Virus record (IMG/VR): IMGVR_UViG_3300030708_001288
Coordinates: 1 to 44,478 of that record
Length of the DNA: 44,478 nt
Source of the DNA: a virus
Taxonomy: Duplodnaviria; Caudoviricetes
Reading direction: 5' to 3' (one strand)
In this document: one piece after another, positions 29,852-36,927 of the stretch
How the letters are laid out: each line of letters starts with the position of its first letter
Numbering within the stretch: position 1 is the first letter of the stretch
Notes under the pieces: generated by a model
What the model was told of the DNA's origin: nothing
Database searches by the model: none
The model's input: only the letters and a program-made list of their open reading frames with translations
Program-made: the position numbers and the translations under genes

Positions 29852-30085
29852 TTAAATAATATTTAATGTTTGTCTATCTAACTTTGCGTTCTCTTTTCTA
29901 GTGTATTCTCCTTGTACACCGGTTTGAATTTCTATATCAATAATATCATCATCATAATCGTAATGTTCTATGATACAAAATCCACCTTGTATACTTTTCA
30001 ATCCACTATCTCTTAACTCTTGTCTCTCTAAAACTTGTAGTTTAGATGCTAGTCTTTTTAATTCTGTGTTACTTAATTCTTCCAT
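29852..30085 (-). CDS. Early hypothetical protein
   Basis: 77-aa ORF, 1-nt gaps to neighbours. Confidence 0.6.
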   Translation of the reverse strand: MEELSNTELKRLASKLQVLERQELRDSGLKSIQGGFCIIEHYDYDDDIIDIEIQTGVQGEYTRKENAKLDRQTLNII

Positions 30086-30086
30086 C

Positions 30087-30362
30087 TTAAAATCCTATTA
30101 GTTTAAACCCCGTTCTCTTTTCAAAATCAGATACATCTCCTTGCATCTCCCTAACTAGAAACTTTTTATGTAGCCACACACCCAACTCGTGGTGGTCAAA
30201 CGGTTCATCACCTAAGTCTTCTATGGTAGTGTTCTCATCTATACCATAGTACTCTAACTCTGTTACCTGCTTGTCATCAATCCAAAAGGTTTTGGTATTG
30301 GTGTTTCCTTTTTTAGAATCAAATGTCATACTACACTTGATTACTTTGTTTTGTTTTTTCAT
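30087..30362 (-). CDS. Early hypothetical protein
   Basis: 91-aa ORF downstream of the 30396 promoter. Confidence 0.65.
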   Translation of the reverse strand: MKKQNKVIKCSMTFDSKKGNTNTKTFWIDDKQVTELEYYGIDENTTIEDLGDEPFDHHELGVWLHKKFLVREMQGDVSDFEKRTGFKLIGF

Positions 30363-30395
30363 AATTGATTTGATTTAAATTAATAATTATTTATA

Positions 30396-30426
30396 CAAAT
30401 ATAATACATTTATTTTACATATGCAA
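30396..30426 (-). promoter_or_regulatory. Repeated early promoter (TTG-N20-TATATTTG)
   Basis: Near-identical to the copies at 32408 and 35318. Confidence 0.8.
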
Positions 30427-30434
30427 GTTCTCCT

Positions 30435-30668
30435 TTATTTTATTTCGTTTTTAATTGCATATTCTAAATTTACATATTGGTCTTGGTTATTATATAAAAG
30501 ATATGTTCCATCTTCTTTTACAATTCTCTCACCAATAAATATTTCTACATAATCTTGTGGTAATCCCATTATTTTTTTATCATAATCTGAATAATGAAAT
30601 GCAATTTTTTTACCTATAAATTGGTAAAGTAATGGAACAAGTTCTTGTAATTGTGATTGTGTTTTCAT
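30435..30668 (-). CDS. Early hypothetical protein
   Basis: 77-aa ORF. Confidence 0.6.
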   Translation of the reverse strand: MKTQSQLQELVPLLYQFIGKKIAFHYSDYDKKIMGLPQDYVEIFIGERIVKEDGTYLLYNNQDQYVNLEYAIKNEIK

Positions 30669-30679
30669 ATTTATTTATT

Positions 30680-30922
30680 TTATGGTTTATAATTATTGTC
30701 AATCCACTGTACTAACTTATCTTTATTTTTTCCATCTAGGTTCATATAGAAATCAAAGAATCTATGTGTACCACATTTTGCTATACCTCCTGCCCACTTA
30801 TCTTTAAAGTGGTTAAGTAAATGTTCATCATCTGCCCATACCTTTTCCATCCAACCTATTGGAAAGTTGTATGCGAAGTACATAAATCTTGTTACCTGTG
30901 TTATGTCTGTGTCTGTTTTCAT
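30680..30922 (-). CDS. Early hypothetical protein
   Basis: 80-aa aromatic-rich ORF. Confidence 0.65.
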   Translation of the reverse strand: MKTDTDITQVTRFMYFAYNFPIGWMEKVWADDEHLLNHFKDKWAGGIAKCGTHRFFDFYMNLDGKNKDKLVQWIDNNYKP

Positions 30923-30925
30923 AAT

Positions 30926-31117
30926 CTATTTTATTTGATTAATAACTTCTTCTTGTTTATCCTTAGGTAGTTGGTTTACTCTTAACACCTCCTCCTCTCC
31001 GTACTTGTCCCTCATTGCTTCCTTTTTACTACCATATATTACTATCTCTTTACTAAAAACAAATCGTGCTAACCGATTGTTTTTTCTATCGTAGATTACA
31101 TAATCTTTTATATTCAT
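30926..31117 (-). CDS. Early hypothetical protein
   Basis: 63-aa ORF. Confidence 0.6.
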   Translation of the reverse strand: MNIKDYVIYDRKNNRLARFVFSKEIVIYGSKKEAMRDKYGEEEVLRVNQLPKDKQEEVINQIK

Positions 31118-31143
31118 AAGTTAATATTTTTTAATTATTAAAA

Positions 31144-31159
31144 GTCTAGTCGACTAGAC
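31144..31159. repeat. 16-bp palindrome copy 3
   Basis: AAA-GTCTAGTCGACTAGAC-TTT (22-bp palindrome, 31141-31162). Confidence 0.95.
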
Positions 31160-31160
31160 T

Positions 31161-31484
31161 TTACATATCTAAGAATGGTTCATCATCATCTATACATAGG
31201 TTTGAGGCTATCTCCTCCCAATCTATATGTTCTATCAATTCGTCATCCCATACCATAAATGTTATGTCTGTCTCATCTTGTATTTTTTCTTGTAACGCCT
31301 CAGTTAAACCATACTCATCATAGAATATATGTTCTTGTATATTGAATGGCTCATCTTTATATCGCATATAGTATATACTGTATCCATCTACTGATGTCTC
31401 CTCCCCTACCTCTATGTCAAAATTTTCTGAGTTCCAGTAGGTTAAGATTGTAATTCCTTGGTGTTCTAATACTTTCTCTTTCAT
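31161..31484 (-). CDS. Very acidic early protein (DNA-mimic candidate)
   Basis: About 30 D/E against 5 K/R in 107 aa. Confidence 0.65.
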   Translation of the reverse strand: MKEKVLEHQGITILTYWNSENFDIEVGEETSVDGYSIYYMRYKDEPFNIQEHIFYDEYGLTEALQEKIQDETDITFMVWDDELIEHIDWEEIASNLCIDDDEPFLDM

Positions 31485-31627
31485 TGTCTTAGATATTTAG
31501 TTAATAATTCTCCTGCTTCTTGCTTTGATAAGCCAAAGTGTTCTTGTATGTGTGGTCTAACACCATACACATTCTCTCCTAGTTCTTGCACTAGCATTTC
31601 TATAAATTCAAATACTTCTTTTTCCAT
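31481..31627 (-). CDS. 48-aa hypothetical protein (not in ORF track)
   Basis: MEKEVFEFIEML...LLTKYLRQ*; ATGA overlap with the 31484 start. Confidence 0.6.
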   Translation of the reverse strand: MEKEVFEFIEMLVQELGENVYGVRPHIQEHFGLSKQEAGELLTKYLRQ

Positions 31628-31638
31628 TTTATTTTATT

Positions 31639-31869
31639 TTAATTAATATTAGTGTAATTATTTTCTACCCAATCATTACGTGATTCAGTTACATCATTTT
31701 CTAGATTATCATAATCATCAGAAAAACAATACTCACATATCTCAACCATCCCTTTTATGTCATCTTCCTCACAGTATGAGTTATCTAATAATTCCATTAC
31801 TAAATCATAGACTGACGTATAATCTCTTTCTTCTACGTACTCCTTAAAAATAAATTCTTTTTTAGTCAT
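31639..31869 (-). CDS. Acidic early hypothetical protein
   Basis: 76-aa D/E-rich ORF. Confidence 0.6.
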   Translation of the reverse strand: MTKKEFIFKEYVEERDYTSVYDLVMELLDNSYCEEDDIKGMVEICEYCFSDDYDNLENDVTESRNDWVENNYTNIN

Positions 31870-31889
31870 TTTAGTTTAGTTTATGTAAG

Positions 31890-31905
31890 GTCTAGTCGAC
31901 TAGAC
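31890..31905. repeat. 16-bp palindrome copy 4
   Basis: GTCTAGTCGACTAGAC. Confidence 0.95.
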
Positions 31906-31919
31906 TCACTGATTTATAT

Positions 31920-32378
31920 TTATCCGTATACTACCTTTCCCATTGTCATTAACTGAAACAATACATCTGCAGTATCTGCATCTCCATCATTATACTCGGG
32001 AAAGTGTGCCTTGTAACACTTAGTATACCCTGTGGTATTTGCAAGACTCAAGCCTTTACCTATACTTTCTAGGTCTAGATATCCTATAGGTTCAAGTTCA
32101 TCATAGTCTTCTGCATCTCCCCATTGTGCTTCCTCTACATCATATACTTCTATTTTATGTGGACACCCTTGAAACATTGCATCCATCCATTTGTAATGGA
32201 CACTCTCATTTCTCTTGAGTTCTCCTGCCTCTATCTTCTTATCAAACCAATCCTCTAATGCGTCTTGCCCATCCATCCAATACCAATAGTTTGAGCCACC
32301 TTCTAGTGCAGTAATTAATACCTCTTCAATTGCTTCTAACGGGATGCTTACATCCATTTTAAATTCTACATTCTTCAT
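31920..32378 (-). CDS. Conserved phage hypothetical protein
   Basis: TALEGGSNYW ... DADTADVLFQ..MGKVVYG, a family recurrent in phage early regions. Confidence 0.7.
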   Translation of the reverse strand: MKNVEFKMDVSIPLEAIEEVLITALEGGSNYWYWMDGQDALEDWFDKKIEAGELKRNESVHYKWMDAMFQGCPHKIEVYDVEEAQWGDAEDYDELEPIGYLDLESIGKGLSLANTTGYTKCYKAHFPEYNDGDADTADVLFQLMTMGKVVYG

Positions 32379-32407
32379 AATTGTTTATTTATTGTTAATA
32401 CTATGTA

Positions 32408-32438
32408 CAAATATAATACATTAATTATACATATGCAA
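32408..32438 (-). promoter_or_regulatory. Repeated early promoter (TTG-N20-TATATTTG)
   Basis: Minus strand TTGCATATGTATAATTAATGTATTATATTTG. Confidence 0.8.
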
Positions 32439-32456
32439 GTCCTTATATAATTATTT

Positions 32457-33044
32457 TTAGTTTCGTATAAACTTATTCCTTATTGATGCCCATATGATAG
32501 CTTGGTACTCATATCCTGTGAGTCCTAGCTTGTGTGCTTTCTTTAGGGTAAGCTTTTGTATCTGCTCATAAGCTACCTTTCCACACGTACCCATTGTCTT
32601 ATTGAAACACGCACGTAGATGCCATACATCTATAGTCACATACCTAGAATCTAGGTAACCAATATTATGTACAAATGCATAGGTCTTCTGACTATCTTTA
32701 CTTATAGTTCTCGTTGCTTTTGCTATCTCAAAGGCTTTGAATTTATTGGTATGAAACGTGCATACCTTTATATCGTTCGCTTCCTTTCCTTCTTCTACTG
32801 CCTTGAATACCTTGTGCGTATCTATTATATTTTGTTCCCACTTATTTCTTGGCGATAGTGCAGATATAACACCGGCTACCACAAAACTAGTTGTCTTAAA
32901 TTCCTTAGCATATTCTACACAAATCTCATTAGCTTTTGGATACCAGGATATACCATCACTAATCTCATCTTTTGTTGCTATGTTAAACCACGCATCTAGG
33001 TTTTTAGATATAGTGTTTAACTTGTACTTACTTAACTGTTTCAT
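32457..33044 (-). CDS. Conserved phage protein, HhH-GPD DNA glycosylase-like
   Basis: G.SWY, ISALSPRNKW, KT.AF..NI, VTIDVWH and QAIIW motifs. Confidence 0.55.
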   Translation of the reverse strand: MKQLSKYKLNTISKNLDAWFNIATKDEISDGISWYPKANEICVEYAKEFKTTSFVVAGVISALSPRNKWEQNIIDTHKVFKAVEEGKEANDIKVCTFHTNKFKAFEIAKATRTISKDSQKTYAFVHNIGYLDSRYVTIDVWHLRACFNKTMGTCGKVAYEQIQKLTLKKAHKLGLTGYEYQAIIWASIRNKFIRN

Positions 33045-33070
33045 AATTGTTTTTGTTTTGGTTAATACTT

Positions 33071-33086
33071 GTCTAGTCGACTAGAC
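33071..33086. repeat. 16-bp palindrome copy 5
   Basis: GTCTAGTCGACTAGAC; supplies the TAG stop of ORF 33073-33273. Confidence 0.95.
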
Positions 33087-33273
33087 TTTTATTTATTTCA
33101 GAATGATGTTTAATCTCCAATACCTTACCACCGTAGTTACGCATAAGAAACGTACTCCAATTAAGGAAATGTTTTTCACTCTTAAATTCTTTCTCATAGG
33201 TGGAATAAGTTCCACCTGTACCACCGTACTTTACTGTACAGTAATATTTTTCATTTGGTTTAAATTCCATCAT
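33073..33273 (-). CDS. Early hypothetical protein
   Basis: 66 aa, ends KSLVD* inside the palindrome. Confidence 0.6.
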   Translation of the reverse strand: MMEFKPNEKYYCTVKYGGTGGTYSTYEKEFKSEKHFLNWSTFLMRNYGGKVLEIKHHSEINKSLVD

Positions 33274-33500
33274 TCTTCTTTATGTTTTAATTCATAAGTT
33301 TCTGCCCATCCATCTATCATTTCAAATATATTTCCTATAATCCATTCATTCTGTAATGTTCTATCTAATATTATATATGCTTCTTCATCGGTGCATTCAT
33401 AAGTTTGTTGGACATCATCTATTGTCCAGAGGTTATCTACATAGTAACCCTTACTCTTTAGAAACTCTCTAGCTTCTTCAATTTGTTTTATTACTCCCAT
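33270..33500 (-). CDS. Early hypothetical protein
   Basis: 76-aa ORF (W..DDV....TDEEA..IL). Confidence 0.65.
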   Translation of the reverse strand: MGVIKQIEEAREFLKSKGYYVDNLWTIDDVQQTYECTDEEAYIILDRTLQNEWIIGNIFEMIDGWAETYELKHKEE

Positions 33501-33519
33501 TTGTTCTATTGTATTTTAG

Positions 33520-33705
33520 TTATTCACTAGTTAATAATATTACCTCTCCACTTATCTCATAACCACTTTGACCTTCTTCATAAAATTCTATATCACATAC
33601 CCATTGATTAGGTATATCATCACAACTATTACTTTTTTCTAAACATCTTATAGGTAAGTCTTGTGGTAATTCTTTAAGTCTTTTAATCATTTCTTTTACT
33701 GTCAT
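33520..33705 (-). CDS. Early hypothetical protein
   Basis: MTVKEMIKRLKELPQDLPI N-terminus, common in phage small proteins. Confidence 0.65.
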   Translation of the reverse strand: MTVKEMIKRLKELPQDLPIRCLEKSNSCDDIPNQWVCDIEFYEEGQSGYEISGEVILLTSE

Positions 33706-33710
33706 CTGTT

Positions 33711-33908
33711 CTATTTTTTATAATTAATAATATGTACTTCCTCATTCTCATCCATCTCCAACCCTAGAACCTCATTGATTTCATCGTGTATTAAATCTTG
33801 AATTTCAAAATGATGTTCATCTTCAGATATTAATTTTAATTCAATCAACTTGTCAATGCATCTTATTGCAATATCCCTTGTGTCGTCATATGTTATTTTA
33901 CTTTCCAT
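33711..33908 (-). CDS. Early hypothetical protein
   Basis: 65-aa acidic ORF. Confidence 0.6.
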   Translation of the reverse strand: MESKITYDDTRDIAIRCIDKLIELKLISEDEHHFEIQDLIHDEINEVLGLEMDENEEVHIINYKK

Positions 33909-33919
33909 ATTTTCTATTT

Positions 33920-34126
33920 TTATATTTTATTTTCTCTAAACACATCATAATCTTGTGCCTCCATATCTGCTTGATGACTTGTCATTTCGTCATCGGTATA
34001 TTTAATCTCATTAAACATAGCATCTATTCTTTTTTGTTGTTCATCATCTGCATTATGTTCTAATTCAGTTATTATCTCACACGCAGTATTCAACAATCTA
34101 TTTAATTGGTATTTTGTAAATCCCAT
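33920..34126 (-). CDS. Early hypothetical protein
   Basis: 68-aa ORF. Confidence 0.6.
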   Translation of the reverse strand: MGFTKYQLNRLLNTACEIITELEHNADDEQQKRIDAMFNEIKYTDDEMTSHQADMEAQDYDVFRENKI

Positions 34127-34152
34127 CTGTTCTATTTTTTAGTTAATACTAG

Positions 34153-34168
34153 GTCTCGTCAACGAGAC
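34153..34168. repeat. 16-bp palindrome copy 6 (compensatory variant)
   Basis: GTCTCGTCAACGAGAC: paired A>C and T>G changes keep the stem. Confidence 0.85.
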
Positions 34169-34173
34169 ATTAT

Positions 34174-34623
34174 TTATTTTGTTTCAATTAATTCCCGTTT
34201 TTTTTGTTCAATCATTTGTTTAACAATTCTGATAAATCTTGGATTTGTGCTATCTCTGATATAAGATATTTCACCAAAATTTTTGTTAAACCATTCATAC
34301 CTGTCATATACTCTTGTTATTCTTTTCAGAAGGTATTTAAATGATTTTAAATCTCTGACTGTCGCAGTCCAACCAGAAGTTATTCGTATGTGTATTACAT
34401 TTCTATTCTTCCATTGTTTAGAATCCCTGTCTACTTCTACATATTCCCATTCATTTTGATGGTTTATATTCTGATAGTTTTTATTTATACTATAATCTTC
34501 ATAAATTTCATTTATACTATCGTAGGGTATCATATCTCCAGTTAAATCTTCTAAATATTCAATTAAATCTTGTTTATCGTAAAGGATTTCTCCTGTTTTT
34601 TTCCATTTATAACCTATTATCAT
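34174..34623 (-). CDS. Early hypothetical protein
   Basis: 149-aa ORF. Confidence 0.6.
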   Translation of the reverse strand: MIIGYKWKKTGEILYDKQDLIEYLEDLTGDMIPYDSINEIYEDYSINKNYQNINHQNEWEYVEVDRDSKQWKNRNVIHIRITSGWTATVRDLKSFKYLLKRITRVYDRYEWFNKNFGEISYIRDSTNPRFIRIVKQMIEQKKRELIETK

Positions 34624-34853
34624 ATCATTTCGTTTTTAATATCTAAGATTCTATTCAGTAACTCCTCATCAAAATGGTCAAATGTTCTACGTCTATCTGC
34701 ATTGTTTACTGCAGTTATTGTAGGATACCATTGACGTTCTTCATCAGATGGATATACCGAACTTTGAATCCTTAGCTTTGGTTTGTACTCATTCTCTTCT
34801 ACAATCCTCTTCTTTGGATTGAAAAATTTGTGGATTAAATCGTTTGTATTCAT
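34620..34853 (-). CDS. Early hypothetical protein
   Basis: 77-aa ORF. Confidence 0.6.
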   Translation of the reverse strand: MNTNDLIHKFFNPKKRIVEENEYKPKLRIQSSVYPSDEERQWYPTITAVNNADRRRTFDHFDEELLNRILDIKNEMI

Positions 34854-34855
34854 AT

Positions 34856-35062
34856 CTATTTTATTTTAATTTCTCTAAATGTATCATCTTCATCATCTTC
34901 ATCATAACTATATAACATACCACGTTTTGCATTTAGCTTTTTAGCCATATCATCATAATCCTTTTGTGATGGTTCTACATTTCCATATCTTTCAGTATCT
35001 ATGATTTCATCATTTTCATCAAGAAATTCTATCTTATAGTGAGTTTCTATTTCTCTATCCAT
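34856..35062 (-). CDS. Acidic early hypothetical protein
   Basis: 68-aa D/E-rich ORF. Confidence 0.6.
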   Translation of the reverse strand: MDREIETHYKIEFLDENDEIIDTERYGNVEPSQKDYDDMAKKLNAKRGMLYSYDEDDEDDTFREIKIK

Positions 35063-35078
35063 TTTATTTTATTTTAGT

Positions 35079-35201
35079 TTATTTTTTTAGTTCATTATAA
35101 TACCTTTCTACTAAAGAATCTACATAAGTCTTCATATGTTGAACATTACTATAAATTTGTCCGTAATACTCAACGATTTCTTTTCTACTTATTTTTTTCA
35201 T
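35079..35201 (-). CDS. 40-aa hypothetical protein (not in ORF track)
   Basis: MKKISRKEIVEYY...YNELKK*; AAATAGATATG start context. Confidence 0.5.
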   Translation of the reverse strand: MKKISRKEIVEYYGQIYSNVQHMKTYVDSLVERYYNELKK

Positions 35202-35226
35202 ATCTATTTTATTTTATTCATACTTA

Positions 35227-35242
35227 GTCTAGTCGGCTAGAC
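35227..35242. repeat. 16-bp palindrome copy 7
   Basis: GTCTAGTCGGCTAGAC. Confidence 0.9.
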
Positions 35243-35250
35243 TTTTATCG

Positions 35251-35298
35251 CTACCATCGGCAGTTTTGCTCTGCTTCACATCCTATGTTCAATGGTAG
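35251..35298 (-). ncRNA. Putative structured leader/small RNA (three-way junction)
   Basis: 9-bp closing stem enclosing two 4-bp hairpins, just downstream of a promoter; no meaningful ORF. Confidence 0.4.
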
Positions 35299-35317
35299 TA
35301 TTATTACTAACTTTCTA

Positions 35318-35325
35318 CAAATATA
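35318..35325 (-). promoter_or_regulatory. Repeated early promoter -7 element (TATATTTG)
   Basis: Shares TACAAATATAATACATTAATTATACAT with the 32406 copy. Confidence 0.75.
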
Positions 35326-35371
35326 ATACATTAATTATACATTAAAAAGTTCTCATTCAATTATTTTTAGT

Positions 35372-35794
35372 TTAAAATTCTGATTCCACATAACTAGATA
35401 CCATCCTCATTTTAGATTTGTGTTCTATATAAATTATTTCATCATATGTTTCTTGTATTTCTCGCCAAATTAGATAGGCATACATTCGCCACATTTGTTC
35501 GCCTGTATATTTCTTTTCTTTTGGATTTATACCTAATCCATTTAGAAACTTTTCAATATCATAATCAGTAAACTTAAAATTAAACACTATTCCCATTAGA
35601 TAATTTTGAAACCTATCTTGATTGTTTGGATATCTATTTTTATTGTATTGATGATTTGAAACCCTTATGAATTCTTTTACTAGATATTCTCTAGCATCAT
35701 CAAAACTTTTAAAACTTTCTTCATTATAATCGTGCATACTCTCCAGGATATGCTTCCTTACGTTCTCACGTACTTTTTTATTATTTGTTCTCAT
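35372..35794 (-). CDS. Early hypothetical protein
   Basis: 140-aa ORF. Confidence 0.65.
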   Translation of the reverse strand: MRTNNKKVRENVRKHILESMHDYNEESFKSFDDAREYLVKEFIRVSNHQYNKNRYPNNQDRFQNYLMGIVFNFKFTDYDIEKFLNGLGINPKEKKYTGEQMWRMYAYLIWREIQETYDEIIYIEHKSKMRMVSSYVESEF

Positions 35795-35825
35795 TTTATT
35801 TTATTATTTGTTCTCATTTTATTTT
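35776..35825. repeat. 23-bp tandem duplication at a gene junction
   Basis: TTTTATTATTTGTTCTCATTTTA twice (35776-35798, 35799-35821). Confidence 0.9.
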
Positions 35826-36051
35826 CTATCCATAAATTATAAATATAGTCGTATGGTTTTTTTAATTCTATTGCTAGTTGAGTAAATAAGCGTTCTCTTA
35901 TAATACTATCGCATCCTTGACCAATAAACTCATAAACATCCTCTGAAGTATATAAATTATCTAATAATTGTACGAATGTTATATCTTCATTAATTTCATT
36001 TCCGAATTCATCTTCGGGATATTTTTTTAAGTAAAATTCTTTTATTTTCAT
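35791..36051 (-). CDS. Early hypothetical protein
   Basis: 86 aa (DSIIRERLF..LA......YDYIYNLW). Confidence 0.65.
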   Translation of the reverse strand: MKIKEFYLKKYPEDEFGNEINEDITFVQLLDNLYTSEDVYEFIGQGCDSIIRERLFTQLAIELKKPYDYIYNLWIENKMRTNNKIK

Positions 36052-36058
36052 ATCTAGT

Positions 36059-36232
36059 TTATTTCATATAATATTTTTTATCCCATCTTCTTCTAGAATT
36101 GTAACATCCTTTTTTCTTTTTCTTTTTTCTTTTCTTTTTTCTATACTCTATAATATCAACTTCTTTGACATTGTCGTTTGCATAACTTCCGTATGCAATT
36201 ACTAAACTGATTGTGATTAAAATTGTTTTCAT
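36059..36232 (-). CDS. 57-aa signal-peptide protein with polybasic tract (not in ORF track)
   Basis: MKTILITISLVIAYGSYA-NDNVKEVDIIEYRKKKRKKKKKKGCYNSRRRWDKKYYMK*. Confidence 0.55.
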   Translation of the reverse strand: MKTILITISLVIAYGSYANDNVKEVDIIEYRKKKRKKKKKKGCYNSRRRWDKKYYMK

Positions 36233-36234
36233 AT

Positions 36235-36477
36235 CTATTTTTTTAGTTCATTAATTAATTCATCTCGCATAAGACCTAACCAATAGTTTTCTATTTCGTT
36301 TCGGTCTTCTTCTATTCCATTAAAAATGTCTTCATTATTCCACTCCATTAAATCCTCAATCGTGTTAAGCATTTCTTGTACTTGGAATCTATGGATAGTT
36401 ACACTATCTTTTTTTGTTTGTCCGTAGCTAGTGAAAGCTATCGTTAAACACATTACTGTTTTAATAATTCTTTTCAT
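36235..36477 (-). CDS. Small exported protein
   Basis: Sec-type signal MKRIIKTVMCLTIAFTSYG-Q with Gln at +1. Confidence 0.65.
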   Translation of the reverse strand: MKRIIKTVMCLTIAFTSYGQTKKDSVTIHRFQVQEMLNTIEDLMEWNNEDIFNGIEEDRNEIENYWLGLMRDELINELKK

Positions 36478-36496
36478 TTTCTTTTCTTTTCTTTTT

Positions 36497-36512
36497 GTCT
36501 AGTCGGCTAGAC
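36497..36512. repeat. 16-bp palindrome copy 8
   Basis: GTCTAGTCGGCTAGAC; supplies the TAG stop of ORF 36499-36702. Confidence 0.9.
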
Positions 36513-36702
36513 TTTTAATTAATAAATTGTCAGTTATCTCATTTCCTAGCTTAAATCGTAATTGTGTTATTTTTAACCTAAGCAAATTAAATAACTGCTC
36601 ATCATCTTGAACTATCTCTTTACAGTCCATAAATTCATTGTGCAATGACATAACTGCATTATGCATTTTTGCGTCATCATACGTCTTTACGTTTTCCATC
36701 AT
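36499..36702 (-). CDS. Early hypothetical protein
   Basis: 67 aa, ends KSLAD* inside the palindrome. Confidence 0.6.
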   Translation of the reverse strand: MMENVKTYDDAKMHNAVMSLHNEFMDCKEIVQDDEQLFNLLRLKITQLRFKLGNEITDNLLIKSLAD

Positions 36703-36724
36703 CTTATCATATTTAAAATTTACA

Positions 36725-36732
36725 CAAATTTA
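36725..36732 (-). promoter_or_regulatory. -7 promoter element (TAAATTTG)
   Basis: TAnnTTTG 22 nt upstream of the 36702 start. Confidence 0.55.
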
Positions 36733-36800
36733 ACAATAATTGAACGATTTAAAAAGTTCTGTATTAACTATTTTTAGTTCATAATATGGGCTTTTATTTT

Positions 36801-36816
36801 GTCTAGTCGGCTAGAC
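36801..36816. repeat. 16-bp palindrome copy 9
   Basis: GTCTAGTCGGCTAGAC between divergent promoters. Confidence 0.9.
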
Positions 36817-36864
36817 TTTTTTACAATGTTATTTTTTGAAACTAAATTTTTTTTTGGTGAATTG

Positions 36865-36894
36865 TTGATTTATACAAAAATTATACTAACTTTG
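36865..36894 (+). promoter_or_regulatory. Bacteroidota sigma-A promoter
   Basis: TTG-N19-TAACTTTG upstream of 36928. Confidence 0.7.
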
Positions 36895-36927
36895 AATCAT
36901 TATTAATCATCTAAAAACTTAAAAACG

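Noticed and set aside
32641-32657. TACCTAGA-A-TCTAGGTA inverted repeat
   Set aside because: Single copy inside a CDS with arms different from the 16-bp family; probably chance.
35251-35298. tRNA or hammerhead ribozyme identity for the structured element
   Set aside because: No T-loop or anticodon arm and no CUGAUGA/GAAA core; no tRNA was recognised anywhere in the window.
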